Positions 19,453 to 29,674 of a stretch of 64,000 nucleotides of DNA are shown one piece after another. The notes under the pieces were generated by a model that saw nothing but the letters and a program-made list of their open reading frames with translations, was not told the DNA's origin and made no database searches. The stretch's first letter is position 1. Every line of letters starts with the position of its first letter. A program made the position numbers and the translations under genes. The DNA is taken from IMG/VR virus record IMGVR_UViG_3300032782_000001, positions 372,317 to 436,316 of that record, one strand, 5' to 3'.

Positions 19453-19767
19453 TCAAACGGTTGTGTAATTACCGGGAATATATATTCCACTCACATGATC
19501 TCGCATGGCTTCAGCATGCTTGCGCCCTTCTTCAAGAACTTCCATCATGTCGGCATGGAAAGCTGCTTCGTCGAAGGCAACGTTATGCTCTCGCCAATGA
19601 CGATTGCACATAGATCTGAACATGTCTTTCTCCGCATCCCCTGATGGGTTGCAAATAGGACAATGGTCAGATGGAGGCTCGAATGGCAATTCGAGCTGCA
19701 CGGGAAGCGTGTCGTATCGCTTCATGAGCATCCAGATGAAGATCCGCATTGCATGCACAAATAACAA
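19453..19767 (-). CDS. Hypothetical protein (CxxC)
   Basis: CPIC and C..H motifs; start uncertain. Confidence 0.45.
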   Translation of the reverse strand: MLFVHAMRIFIWMLMKRYDTLPVQLELPFEPPSDHCPICNPSGDAEKDMFRSMCNRHWREHNVAFDEAAFHADMMEVLEEGRKHAEAMRDHVSGIYIPGNYTTV

Positions 19768-22526
19768 GTCCCGTTACGCCTTGTCATGGCTCCGCAAGAA
19801 CCACACGGCGGTGCATCCAGATCCATAAGAGAAGGCCTGGAAACAGATTCCGGAGAACTATCGGGAGGAGATGACGATGGAGAATCTGCTCCATTCATCA
19901 ATTTATGATCCAATCCGGAGTTAGATCCACCGAAGTAACGCACGTCCAAAAGTTTGAACAAATAGTCATAGAGACTATCCGCGAACCTGATGTTAGGATT
20001 GCTAGTGAATCCGGCAGGTTCGAATTTCGTGTGCACAAAGCTGCGAATGAGCTTTTCGAGAGGAACTCCGTATTGGAGTGCAATACTCATGAGTTGGGTG
20101 AATCCATCGATGAGTCCACCCATTGTCGAACCGTTCTTGCCGAGTTTGAGAAACACTTCACCTAGAGTCCCATCAGGGTACTCACCCATAATGATATAAC
20201 CCTTGTGACCACTGATCTCAAATCGATGCCTGTGAGCAGTAATATCCTCCGGCATATGCTTGCGACGCGCGATAGACGCATCTGATTGAATAGCCTTGTT
20301 CTCATCCTTCTTGGTCGCGAGTGGTTGAGAAAGCTTGCATCCGTCGCGATACAAGGCAACGCATTTCAGTCCGAGCTTCCAGCTCTCAAGATAAATGTCA
20401 GCGATCTCCTGGGTTGTAACACTCCTCGGAAGATTAACTGTCTTACTTTGAGCGCAAGTGATGAGTGGCTGGATGGCAGCCATCATCTTAATGTGCGCCA
20501 TCGGTGACAAATACCTCCCCGATGGTCCCGACGGCATTGCGCAGTCAAAGACTGGAAGATCCCTATCTTTCAGATGAGGAGCTCCTTCAATATGTCCCTT
20601 CTCTTCGAGATGAGCGCAGATGGATTCCACTTGATCGTCCGTATATCCGAGCCTGACTAATGCTTCGGGGACTACTTCGTTGACGAGCTTCATGAAACCG
20701 CCGCCCACGAGAGATTTGTAAGAGATAAGAGAGAATGCCGGTTCAATACCAGTCGTGTCCATCCCCATAAGGAAGGAAATGGTGCCGAGAGGGGCTTGCA
20801 GGGTGGCCTGTGAAACGTAGAAGCCGTATTTCGAACCGAGATCCATGACGTCGTTCCAAGCCTTGTGACTGTGCGCAACCACTTCGGCCCCCAGAGGGTC
20901 AGAACGAAGACTCGGCCGACGCAAAATATCGGCATTTGCCACATTATGCATTGCCATGACATGCATCATAGAATCTCGGTTCTTCTCGAATTCTTCAAAC
21001 GGACCAACACGAGCAGCCAACTGAGCTGCCGTCTTGTAGACAACAGCAGTCATGAGACTAGCAAGACGAGCCGCTACAGCTCGGCCTTCGTCGGAATCGT
21101 ACGAATATCCGAGCTTCATGAGAAGAGCTCCGAGGTTCCCATAATTCGTACCGATAGGTCGAAGCTTGAGAGAATTCTGACGGATCTTCTCAGTCGGATA
21201 ATCGGCCTTATCCACAATCGCCATCTGAGCGGTGCTGAAGACTCGAACAGCTTGTTCGAACCTATTGTAGTTGAAAGCCAATATCCCCCGATCTTGATCG
21301 AAGAATTTCGTCAGATTGATTGCACATAGATTGCAGGCAGTATCATCCACATGCAAGAATTCTGAGCATGGGTTGGAGGAATTGATCCGACCAGATTCCG
21401 GAGTGGTGTGCCATCGGTTGATATGATCAGTGAATTGAACGCCCGGATCCCCACAAGTCCAAGCTGCTTCAGCAATTTCATTCCAGAGATCACGAGCCCG
21501 ATAGGATTTGACAATGCGACCGGTTAGACGCTCGTGAGTGTCCCACATTCCATCCATTACGACGGCCCGCATGAACTCGTCAGGAATTGATACGGAATGA
21601 TTGGCATTCTGATATGACACCCATTTATAAGCCGAATTGGGATCATCGTAAGCAGCGCTATAGCCGCATTTCTCGATGAGATCGTGAGCCCTGCGCTCCT
21701 CGATGGCTTTGCAGCGGATGAAACCAGGTCGGCCATCTTGAGTTTCAAGAATATCCGGGTGGTTCATATCGAGAACCACCATCTTAGCTGCATTGCGGGT
21801 GGAACCACCAGACTTCATTGCCTTAGCACCCTTGTCGTGCTCTTCCATCCAGCCAAGCGGTCCACAAACGTAAGCCCCCGAAGAGAGCTTCTCATAAGAG
21901 GAACGGATCTTAGACAGGTTGGCTCCTGAACCGGAACCGCCAGCAAAAATGACCTTTTCTGATTGAGAAAAGGCATTGATCGATTCGAGGGTATCTTCAA
22001 CCCCCGAGATGAAACATGCGGATGCCGCTTGCCGACGCCCAGGAACCCCTAAGTTAAACCAGACAGGAGAATTGAACGCACCGTATTGATGCAATAGGGA
22101 ATAAAGCAGTTCTTCTTCAAAGACTACTGCGTCTTGATCTGAATTGAAGAATCCTTGGTCATCCGCCCAAAGACGAAGAGTAGAAGCAACACGACTGAAA
22201 AGTTGTTTGACGGAGTTTTCTTTTACCCCATCAATGTAGCGGAAATACTTGCTGGCAACCACGTCGATAGTGTTCTGGTTCCACCAATCGGGTACTTCCA
22301 CGTCTCGTTGTTGGAATTTGATATCTCCATTCGGTCCGCGAATTTCGGCGGTGGCAGTCTTCCATTGAATCTCTTCAAACGGATGAATACCTTCGCTAGT
22401 GAATACCCTTTCCCACTTTCCGGAGGCCAAAGCATCAGCGTTTTTCGGATCTCGGGCGAGTGCAATGACGTTGCTCCTGTATGGAGTCTCAATCGCCAGG
22501 GTTCCGTTAGCGGCGACGCTTACCAT
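19722..22526 (-). CDS. nrdJ: Class II (adenosylcobalamin-dependent) ribonucleotide reductase with C-terminal TSCPD and Zn-ribbon domains
   Basis: FNSPVWFN, SACFI, NPCSEF (NxCxE), CNL, C-terminal CGSC..CMQCG..SGCS; ATG 22526 after GAGGAGG; no intein seen. Confidence 0.93.
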   Translation of the reverse strand: MVSVAANGTLAIETPYRSNVIALARDPKNADALASGKWERVFTSEGIHPFEEIQWKTATAEIRGPNGDIKFQQRDVEVPDWWNQNTIDVVASKYFRYIDGVKENSVKQLFSRVASTLRLWADDQGFFNSDQDAVVFEEELLYSLLHQYGAFNSPVWFNLGVPGRRQAASACFISGVEDTLESINAFSQSEKVIFAGGSGSGANLSKIRSSYEKLSSGAYVCGPLGWMEEHDKGAKAMKSGGSTRNAAKMVVLDMNHPDILETQDGRPGFIRCKAIEERRAHDLIEKCGYSAAYDDPNSAYKWVSYQNANHSVSIPDEFMRAVVMDGMWDTHERLTGRIVKSYRARDLWNEIAEAAWTCGDPGVQFTDHINRWHTTPESGRINSSNPCSEFLHVDDTACNLCAINLTKFFDQDRGILAFNYNRFEQAVRVFSTAQMAIVDKADYPTEKIRQNSLKLRPIGTNYGNLGALLMKLGYSYDSDEGRAVAARLASLMTAVVYKTAAQLAARVGPFEEFEKNRDSMMHVMAMHNVANADILRRPSLRSDPLGAEVVAHSHKAWNDVMDLGSKYGFYVSQATLQAPLGTISFLMGMDTTGIEPAFSLISYKSLVGGGFMKLVNEVVPEALVRLGYTDDQVESICAHLEEKGHIEGAPHLKDRDLPVFDCAMPSGPSGRYLSPMAHIKMMAAIQPLITCAQSKTVNLPRSVTTQEIADIYLESWKLGLKCVALYRDGCKLSQPLATKKDENKAIQSDASIARRKHMPEDITAHRHRFEISGHKGYIIMGEYPDGTLGEVFLKLGKNGSTMGGLIDGFTQLMSIALQYGVPLEKLIRSFVHTKFEPAGFTSNPNIRFADSLYDYLFKLLDVRYFGGSNSGLDHKLMNGADSPSSSPPDSSPESVSRPSLMDLDAPPCGSCGAMTRRNGTCYLCMQCGSSSGCS

Positions 22527-23421
22527 TCTGTGCCTCCTCACTCAAACGAACGATTTCAGATTCCAACCCGTATCGCGCAAGCGTGTTCCCACGTTTGTGC
22601 ATGATGTCCAAATCACACAAAGTGTTAAGGCTGGACATCAAAGACGCAGAAGCCCATAAACCGAGTCGCGGGAGCACCATTTTCTTATATAGGAAAGGGT
22701 GGATGCCAAGACGCTCGGCGACGTCGGGAACCTTCCCGTCGACTAAAGTCTGCAATCTGATCTGTTGCACTACGTGACGCTGCATGTAGGCCAGAATCCA
22801 TCCAGTTTCGTCCCCGTTCTCTTGGAGCTTGTCGTGGAATGCCAGAGCCCGGATGGTTTGACCTTCGCATATGGCGTCAATGATCTGCTTGGGGGTTAAC
22901 TCGGCGGAGAAGCACATCACGAGACGTGCCTTCTCAGGCAGAACCGTGCCACCCTTAGGGGTTATTACCGAAAGTTTCCTGATCTCCGATGAGATCTTTC
23001 GCAGACCGTTTCCGCAATTCACAAAAAGCGCACCCGCTACCCGGCTTAGATCTATGTTGAGAGCCTCTCCTTCCTTCAAAATCCACTTGATGACATCATT
23101 ATTATCATCGAATGTCTTAAGTTTTGGAAAATTGTGAACTCGGCGTGCACGCGAATCAGATAAAATCTTCTTTCCAGCAGAAACAGCAATGACAACATCA
23201 TTACCAGTGGGTATGTAAGGAATTTCTGAGACATCCCATAAAATGAAGGAGCGCGTTCCTCCATCTACCGTGGTCATTTGTACCTCTTCGAGGTACTCGT
23301 TAAGTCCTTTCGGGAGAGTATACTCAGCGGTGTGAGATGTCAGAGAAGCATGAGCTTCTTCTCTGGCTGCGCGTTCTTTTAAAAACTCTTCCTCACCATT
23401 AATTAGGATCAACGACGCCAC
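22507..23421 (-). CDS. holA: DNA polymerase III delta subunit-like
   Basis: LILINGEEEFLKERA N-terminus; EIRKL; C-terminal CDLDIMHKRG...LESEIVRL; about 300 aa. Confidence 0.8.
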   Translation of the reverse strand: MASLILINGEEEFLKERAAREEAHASLTSHTAEYTLPKGLNEYLEEVQMTTVDGGTRSFILWDVSEIPYIPTGNDVVIAVSAGKKILSDSRARRVHNFPKLKTFDDNNDVIKWILKEGEALNIDLSRVAGALFVNCGNGLRKISSEIRKLSVITPKGGTVLPEKARLVMCFSAELTPKQIIDAICEGQTIRALAFHDKLQENGDETGWILAYMQRHVVQQIRLQTLVDGKVPDVAERLGIHPFLYKKMVLPRLGLWASASLMSSLNTLCDLDIMHKRGNTLARYGLESEIVRLSEEAQNGKRRR

Positions 23422-23442
23422 GGGAAAATGACATTACACCTA

Positions 23443-24270
23443 TCAGTGGTGTCGATTCAGACAGGCTCTATACCAATGAATTTCTGCATTCAAAGAAGGA
23501 TTTTTAAACAAATCAGAGGCCAAGCGGAGGAAATTTCGCATCATTGAAACAACGCCAGAATTGGAACGAAGTTCCGAGACTGCAACGGAAATAGTATGAC
23601 AAATAGCATCTCGCTCTACGGAGCGACCACTCTTAAGAGATGAAATCAACTCGGGAACAGGAATTTGTACTGGGTCCACCTGACCTAGCATAATTTGCAC
23701 ACACAACTTGCAGAAACTATGATATCGTTGATCATTCAAAAATAAACCGTAGAAACCCGGGCGACCTCTCGACATCATAATTGCGTTATCATCTAGCCTA
23801 TGCACAGTAGACGCATATTCATGCATCTCGGACTCGCTCAAGGGAGTCCATCTAATGATGTTTTCCAATCGATTCTGAAGCGCTGGTAATAAACATCCTT
23901 CATCTTCAAGGACCAAGAACACTCGACAATGAGCTGGAGGTTCTTCTAATAGTTTTAATAGTGCATCTTGCGCAGGTTCTGTTAGGAAATCTGCGTTATC
24001 TACCAAGACCGCTTTGAAAGGACTAAATAGAGGACCAGATTGTAGAAATTCTCTGGCTTCCCGGATTCCATCTACAGTAGTTTCTGCAACTGACAAATCG
24101 GTTTCAGAAACCGCGTCAGAGAGCAACCGTGATAAGTAGAGGTATTTACCTACGTGTGATGGTCCGGAAAGGACGACGACCCTAGCCGGAGTCCGATGAT
24201 TTACCAGGAGGGAGACTTCGTGCCTCGCTAGGGAATTGCCGTAAATCTCTGTCTTTTCCTGATCCTCCAC
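23443..24270 (-). CDS. holB: DNA polymerase III delta-prime subunit-like
   Basis: LSGPSHVGK, VDGIRE, VDNADFLTEPAQDALLKLLEEPP, LLPALQNR. Confidence 0.85.
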   Translation of the reverse strand: MEDQEKTEIYGNSLARHEVSLLVNHRTPARVVVLSGPSHVGKYLYLSRLLSDAVSETDLSVAETTVDGIREAREFLQSGPLFSPFKAVLVDNADFLTEPAQDALLKLLEEPPAHCRVFLVLEDEGCLLPALQNRLENIIRWTPLSESEMHEYASTVHRLDDNAIMMSRGRPGFYGLFLNDQRYHSFCKLCVQIMLGQVDPVQIPVPELISSLKSGRSVERDAICHTISVAVSELRSNSGVVSMMRNFLRLASDLFKNPSLNAEIHWYRACLNRHH

Positions 24271-24391
24271 GGAAAACCTCTCGAATTACCACTGTTACTT
24301 CGAAGATACATTTGCAGGGAAGACAGGTCATACGATTGACCTGACCTGTGGAATCCAAGGGACCACCACAATGAGGGCAAAAGAATATCAC
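24182..24391 (-). CDS. Small zinc-ribbon protein
   Basis: CPHC...CLPC; overlaps the holB start. Confidence 0.45.
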   Translation of the reverse strand: MIFFCPHCGGPLDSTGQVNRMTCLPCKCIFEVTVVIREVFRGGSGKDRDLRQFPSEARSLPPGKSSDSG

Positions 24392-24392
24392 A

Positions 24393-24614
24393 TCAGCAAG
24401 CAGTAAAAGCTCCCCCTACAGGGACATTCCAACTGAATCCGCATTTGACGCATTTGTACATGACGTTATGTGCGCCGTCTTGACTCAATTTGTAAACATT
24501 CCGACTATCACAGGCCTGACCGCGAGTGAGTTGATCAGTTCCTCGCTTGCATGCCACAAGGACGATAGGATGTTCTTCGTTTTGGTCATTCATTGGGAAT
24601 ACCCCTTCCAGCAA
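24393..24614 (-). CDS. Small zinc-ribbon protein
   Basis: C...C...YKCVKCGFSW. Confidence 0.55.
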   Translation of the reverse strand: MLEGVFPMNDQNEEHPIVLVACKRGTDQLTRGQACDSRNVYKLSQDGAHNVMYKCVKCGFSWNVPVGGAFTAC

Positions 24615-24933
24615 ACTCTACTGCAACACGTGCTCGAATGCGCGTTTCAGCTTGCATCAGAGTTTCTGAAGGAAACATTCTGAGCGTAGAAGTCTGAGCG
24701 ATTTGTTTAATAATGTCAAAGTCCGACTTGACGATCGTCAGGGGTTCCTTCTTAAGTGGGGGAACCCATAGTTTTACAATTTCAGGCCCAGAAGCAGGAG
24801 AAGTTACCAGAACTTGAAGTTTCCCTAACATCAGGGAAATTATTACCGACGGGAAAGTTGTAACTGCAAATTCTTGGGTAGCAGGACGGATTCGGCGCCC
24901 AGCCGCAAAGCGGTCGCCAATAATCCCATCCAT
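24586..24933 (-). CDS. Hypothetical protein
   Basis: 115-aa ORF in an operon run. Confidence 0.5.
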   Translation of the reverse strand: MDGIIGDRFAAGRRIRPATQEFAVTTFPSVIISLMLGKLQVLVTSPASGPEIVKLWVPPLKKEPLTIVKSDFDIIKQIAQTSTLRMFPSETLMQAETRIRARVAVEFAGRGIPNE

Positions 24934-24934
24934 A

Positions 24935-26206
24935 TCAGATCCAAGCGCGGAAGACTGAATCAGCGATCTTATGAATCACTGAAGCCGTTTGGCCCTGACC
25001 ATCAGCCTCCTCAGCCCCGGCTCCACCACCCTTTTCTTCCTTGGCAAGCTCAGCTTCGAGGGTCTTACCCTCTTTCTTAAGCTCACCTTCAAGTTTCTTG
25101 ATGAGATTTTGGATCCTCGGCTCCCCGTCTTTCTTGTCCTTGCGAGCCTTGAGAATCGTGCGATAATCGCGACCGCGTTGATAGTCAATACCCTTTTGGG
25201 CCTTCGCCTTCTCGATTCCTCGAACCTCCTTCGGAGTGGTTCCAGAGAAGAACTCCTCCTTGAGAGCTTCGTAGTCACCTGGCGTCATATTGGTGTCGAT
25301 GAATTTCCAGATTTCATTTAGAAGCTTCTTGCGAAGATCACCGAGATAAGCCGCCCACTTGAGGTTGACTTTGCCTTGAATCTTTTTCTCGTCTAGTCCA
25401 GGATTCTTCTTCTTAATCTCCGGGCCCCATTTGGCGTAGAAGTCATTCCAAACTTCAGGATAGTTCTCCCGAAGAAAAGACGACTGGTTCATATTCTCTT
25501 TGATATCAGAACCGAACCCGCCAACGTTGTGCTCGAAAACCATATCGAACACAGCGCCGGTATCTTTGGACAACGAGGCTTTAAGATCAGGGAGATAGTC
25601 GTCGATGAGGTCGTAAAACTCCTTGAGCGCGGCCTGATCATCAAGGGCCTTTCCGAGCATCGTCTCATCGGATGTCGGCATGCGGGCCTCACCACCTTCG
25701 GCGCCGCCTCCTCCCTCAGGACGAGTCCCGAAGGCGTCATCAACCGACTTTTCTTTCTTCTTACGACGCTGAGTATCGATGGATTTCGAGATTGATTTCG
25801 TACGTAAATTGGAATAGATCGCATCAAGTGCGTCTTGCCAATTATCGAAATCCTTGCTGAAGTCCCAAGGCTTCGCCCCATGCTCCTTGCCGCGTGGAAC
25901 CCTGACTTTTTCTCCGGTCTCTTCGTCGACCTCGTCAACGAACTTGGTGCCGGTGGTCAGATAACTCAGGAAATCCTGAATCGTGTCCATCGCCCGTTGA
26001 TCGTCGTTCTGGTTTTGACGGCGAGAGATGGCCATCATCTTGTGGCCGATTGACGCCGGCTGTACGTCAATATTCTGACCCGGGAATTGGTTTTTCAGGA
26101 GGTTAATGATCGCCCTCCCGAAGCCAGTCTCGACATCAGCATAGAGCTGGAACATAGCCAGGATCAGCCTGATCGAAGGCGCGACTCGAGATACAAAGGG
26201 TCCCAT
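24935..26206 (-). CDS. Hypothetical protein with sigma-70 region 2-like features
   Basis: AMDTIQDFLSYL and KSIDTQRRKKKEKSVDD resemble sigma region 2.2-2.4 and 3 patterns; weak. Confidence 0.4.
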   Translation of the reverse strand: MGPFVSRVAPSIRLILAMFQLYADVETGFGRAIINLLKNQFPGQNIDVQPASIGHKMMAISRRQNQNDDQRAMDTIQDFLSYLTTGTKFVDEVDEETGEKVRVPRGKEHGAKPWDFSKDFDNWQDALDAIYSNLRTKSISKSIDTQRRKKKEKSVDDAFGTRPEGGGGAEGGEARMPTSDETMLGKALDDQAALKEFYDLIDDYLPDLKASLSKDTGAVFDMVFEHNVGGFGSDIKENMNQSSFLRENYPEVWNDFYAKWGPEIKKKNPGLDEKKIQGKVNLKWAAYLGDLRKKLLNEIWKFIDTNMTPGDYEALKEEFFSGTTPKEVRGIEKAKAQKGIDYQRGRDYRTILKARKDKKDGEPRIQNLIKKLEGELKKEGKTLEAELAKEEKGGGAGAEEADGQGQTASVIHKIADSVFRAWI

Positions 26207-26232
26207 CGTGCCTTCGATCAGGCACTAAAGGG

Positions 26233-27876
26233 CTAGGTCGAGGAGCCGCCGCCTTGTCGGATGTCACGGATAACGCGCCGGTTGATGGCCGCGTTCACCC
26301 TTTCCAAAGAGACCCCCAACTTCAGGCTGATCTCGTCGGCTTCCATGCCTGCATCGTACATGAAACACACAAGGTCGGTCCTTGCAGCAACACACGGACC
26401 AAAAGTTTCGTCACCAATGATTTGCTCTGGCGTACATCCGTGCTTGTCACAAACATCACGCATGGCCTGGTCGACGTCCACAAGAGCAAGACGCCTGGTG
26501 ATCTCGTCCCTGTGAGCACGGAGTTTGGCCATTGCAGAAGCCCGTAAGCGATTCACCTTCTGCAATGGCTTACCGCTGATCCCTGCATAGTCCTTGGCAC
26601 TCATCTCTCCGAGGTCGAGAGACCGAATGACGGCTTCCTCGTCAGGCGTCAATCCAGCAGACGCCATGACTGCTGCCAGATCCTTACGGATCTCGACCTG
26701 ACTGAATTGATTTTGCGAACCGGGATCACGAAACACCCGTTGACGACCCGTAGGGTCGTCAACATCTTCAGATTCCCAAGCAACAGTCTCAGAGTCTCCA
26801 ATTTCCGGAGAGAGACCGTTATTGAAAACCATAGTGGGCATATCGTCGCCACGCGAGATACGCTTGAAACTGTTGACGACTTCATGATCGATGATCAGTT
26901 CTGCGTACTTGAGAAGACCTGCATCGATACCCGGTGCCACCCCATTCGGACCAGGAGGTCGCATGATGTGAAGAGGAGTGAATGCCGCATCCCCGGTTGA
27001 CCGGAGCATATTGGTCTTTTTCCAGCCACGAAGCATGGGCTTCAGCTGCCGGTCATTCCATCGAAGCCTCGCGACTTTATCACGAATGGAAGGATGATTC
27101 CAGCCTCCGGGCTTGCTCCTATCCAAAGCGAGAGAAATGCCACGATCCTTGAGAAGTTTCAGTCCGTGTTCACAAGCCGGACATGCAACGATCACGTGGT
27201 TATTGTAATGGCTAGCACAATAACCACGGCTGAAATGACGCCGAGGACAAGCGTTGCCAGCAGCATCAACATATGAACACACCGGCCCGTGGGGCTTGGG
27301 GTCCTCCACAACCTTGATACATTCATGCTCAGTGAGCTCAGCAGGCTTCAACCGACCCTGCCTATACATGGATTCAAGGATCCCGTAGGAACCGGCGGGA
27401 TATCCAAGGAGCCTGAGGACATCATCACTGCTGATCGTGTGTCCTTGAATGGAATAGTAATAACGGGCGTAGTCGAATTTGGCAAAATCCAAAATATCAG
27501 ACACACGCCAAAGTGAATCCGGACAAGACCGGACGCACGTCTTGGCCTTCATGCAGTGCTTGTTCTGGCACAGCGTAGGGCCAACGTTGACAGGCAACAA
27601 CGAACCAATGAAGACAATCGAAGCTCCGCCAAGCATGCGTTGAGCTTGAGACCGATCCACGATCTCATGGCGAAGATGCTTGAAAAACCACCGACCAATG
27701 AAGTCTTTGGTCAGGAGGCGAACCCGCACGTCCTGCGCGGCATCGGGGATCCTCTCCTTATCACGCTTGAACTTGCGCGAGACCTTCGAGAGGATCCACG
27801 CATGCCACTGACTCAGAAATGACTGGTTCGTCGGGATCGCGACAGTCTGATATTGCATGTAGCCTCCACGCGGCAA
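26233..27876 (-). CDS. Sigma-70-like factor (sigma2, large Zn-containing insert, sigma4) with a DnaA domain IV-like HTH tail
   Basis: N-term DAAQDVRVRL (sigma2-like); LTPDEEAVI...EMSAKDYA..SG..LQKVNRLRASAMAKLR (sigma4); tail VCDKHGCTPEQIIG...VAARTDL...EISLKLG..LERVNAAI. Confidence 0.6.
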   Translation of the reverse strand: MPRGGYMQYQTVAIPTNQSFLSQWHAWILSKVSRKFKRDKERIPDAAQDVRVRLLTKDFIGRWFFKHLRHEIVDRSQAQRMLGGASIVFIGSLLPVNVGPTLCQNKHCMKAKTCVRSCPDSLWRVSDILDFAKFDYARYYYSIQGHTISSDDVLRLLGYPAGSYGILESMYRQGRLKPAELTEHECIKVVEDPKPHGPVCSYVDAAGNACPRRHFSRGYCASHYNNHVIVACPACEHGLKLLKDRGISLALDRSKPGGWNHPSIRDKVARLRWNDRQLKPMLRGWKKTNMLRSTGDAAFTPLHIMRPPGPNGVAPGIDAGLLKYAELIIDHEVVNSFKRISRGDDMPTMVFNNGLSPEIGDSETVAWESEDVDDPTGRQRVFRDPGSQNQFSQVEIRKDLAAVMASAGLTPDEEAVIRSLDLGEMSAKDYAGISGKPLQKVNRLRASAMAKLRAHRDEITRRLALVDVDQAMRDVCDKHGCTPEQIIGDETFGPCVAARTDLVCFMYDAGMEADEISLKLGVSLERVNAAINRRVIRDIRQGGGSST

Positions 27877-27985
27877 TTGCCTTGCCTATCGGAGTAACTG
27901 CGGGATGTCCACATCGCCTGCGGACGAAGGAACCACTTTAACATGCCTTATTCTCTAAGTCAACTATTTCGTGATCGGCGATGGT

Positions 27986-28816
27986 TTAGCTGGAAGAGCC
28001 GACCACCGGGAGAAAAGCCGACGGATTGGGAAGGATTGGTGGAGCCGGCGCGAGCAGCTGCATGACTACGGCATCGGAAAACGGAACGGGGTGATCGGTG
28101 AGCCATGTGACGGCTTTCTCTACGCGAACCTTGGATGAATTTCGGCCTTCAAGACAATTGCCCGCGGTATAAGCCGACAATCTCTCAAGGACCGGTAGAT
28201 TCCGGCACACGGTGAAAGAGCTCGAAGCCATCCGAAGTCCGGCGCGGAAGCAGTTGCGCCTATCCGAAATCAGATCTTCTCCACTCCACCCCCGACTCGT
28301 GTCCTTAGTGAACTCGTACCCCTCCTTCGTGAGGGCAATACGCAAGTCAGTTTTGCCAGTTGCGGGGTTTGGTTTTCCGAGCTGAACTTGAACCATGCAC
28401 CAAGAACGGCCTCCGTCCCCTCGAGCTTGAGGACCGAGGTTCAAATCTACGTCCTTGCGATAACCACTTTCGAACAGAGCGATAGATGCCAAGAGAGCCG
28501 CGGTGCGGGCTCGACCAAATTTTCCAGGAAAAAGAGGTTTCTCCTGGGGATCATAAGCCACAGCAATGATGGATTCCGCAATTTCTCCGTAACGAACGAT
28601 TCCTTCGTCGTGAGTTTCTTTCGCGCCTGCAATGAAACTACGACCTGGCGGTGACCAAGACGCCATGCGATCCACCATCCACTGGCGAAGATCGGAAATG
28701 TCAGGTGAAGCACTTGCGGGTCGGCTAAAAAGCATCGCCACAAGAGCCAAGAAGCCGGCAAAAAGCCGCGCGCGATTCTTCTGCATTGCAATCTCCTGTC
28801 GCTGCGAAAAAGTCAA
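27986..28816 (-). CDS. Secreted lytic-transglycosylase/lysozyme-like protein
   Basis: Signal peptide (LAGFLALVAMLFSRPASA); IALFESGY catalytic-Glu-like motif; GDGGRSWCMVQV. Confidence 0.55.
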   Translation of the reverse strand: MTFSQRQEIAMQKNRARLFAGFLALVAMLFSRPASASPDISDLRQWMVDRMASWSPPGRSFIAGAKETHDEGIVRYGEIAESIIAVAYDPQEKPLFPGKFGRARTAALLASIALFESGYRKDVDLNLGPQARGDGGRSWCMVQVQLGKPNPATGKTDLRIALTKEGYEFTKDTSRGWSGEDLISDRRNCFRAGLRMASSSFTVCRNLPVLERLSAYTAGNCLEGRNSSKVRVEKAVTWLTDHPVPFSDAVVMQLLAPAPPILPNPSAFLPVVGSSS

Positions 28817-28954
28817 CTACGAGTCGACTTCCAATGGACGACGCCCACTCGAGGAGATGGAGAGACGCCGCTCGAATCCTATACTTGTAAGTATAGGATC
28901 CTGTTGAGAAGTCATGCTTAAAGCATGATCAAGCTGCTTTGTCAACCGAACTAT

Positions 28955-29377
28955 TTACACATCACGTGTTGAACGTCGGGTTTTTCCTGACGGTTCTGGT
29001 GAACTTCGATGGTCCTCTACGGGACTTAATTCAAGATATTGAGAGAATCCCATTATTGATGATTTCTGAGTGGAATAAATGCACTTCCTCCTCAAAACTT
29101 TGTAGGGCCCATCTATGGTCCGAACACGCTTCGGATCTTTGGGATTCCGAAGAGCCATTCTGAATTCGATTTCGGTACCTTCTGGGATCAGAGGCATGTC
29201 AGCTCTGAACTCAAAATGCACCGGAACATCGAGGAACACCAGAAAAGTTCTTACGAGACCTGATCCACACGCTTCTTCTAATGCCATTGCACTTTCTGAA
29301 TCCGACTCCGCCGTTTCCACTGCTTGCTCCGCTGCTGGATGCTCACTACTTGTCGAAAGAACGAAGAAAAGGATCAA
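28955..29377 (-). CDS. Hypothetical protein (start uncertain)
   Basis: Protein-like C-terminal 90 aa. Confidence 0.4.
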   Translation of the reverse strand: MILFFVLSTSSEHPAAEQAVETAESDSESAMALEEACGSGLVRTFLVFLDVPVHFEFRADMPLIPEGTEIEFRMALRNPKDPKRVRTIDGPYKVLRRKCIYSTQKSSIMGFSQYLELSPVEDHRSSPEPSGKTRRSTRDV

Positions 29378-29674
29378 AAAGATCAGGAGAAAAGATGGAG
29401 GCTACGAGCTCAAGTCCCGGCTGCCATCTAAACAGCATTGGGTCTCTTCAAGCCGAGAGTCCCAAGGCCAAATTCCAGATCTGATCTTCAGGTAAAAACC
29501 TCCGTCCGAAGAACGAGAAGAAGCTGGGTGGATCCGAAGATCCGGCTCTGAACCCAAACCGCCTCACGTAGGGAGATTCCATGGCAGTGTATCGTCATGT
29601 AATGCTCCCTCGGTCCTTCCATCGCGAAGCCCACCCTACAGTAGCCACGCCTCTTGTGATTCCGAAAGCATGAC

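Noticed and set aside
15487-22526. Inteins or introns in the ligase halves, RecD2 or RNR
   Set aside because: No C/S start, HN end, LAGLIDADG or HNH motifs and no unexplained length in the translations.
24976-25938. Overlapping alternative-frame ORFs within 24935..26206 and similar shadows in 1-56 kb
   Set aside because: Fully nested in better-supported genes and lacking recognisable motifs.
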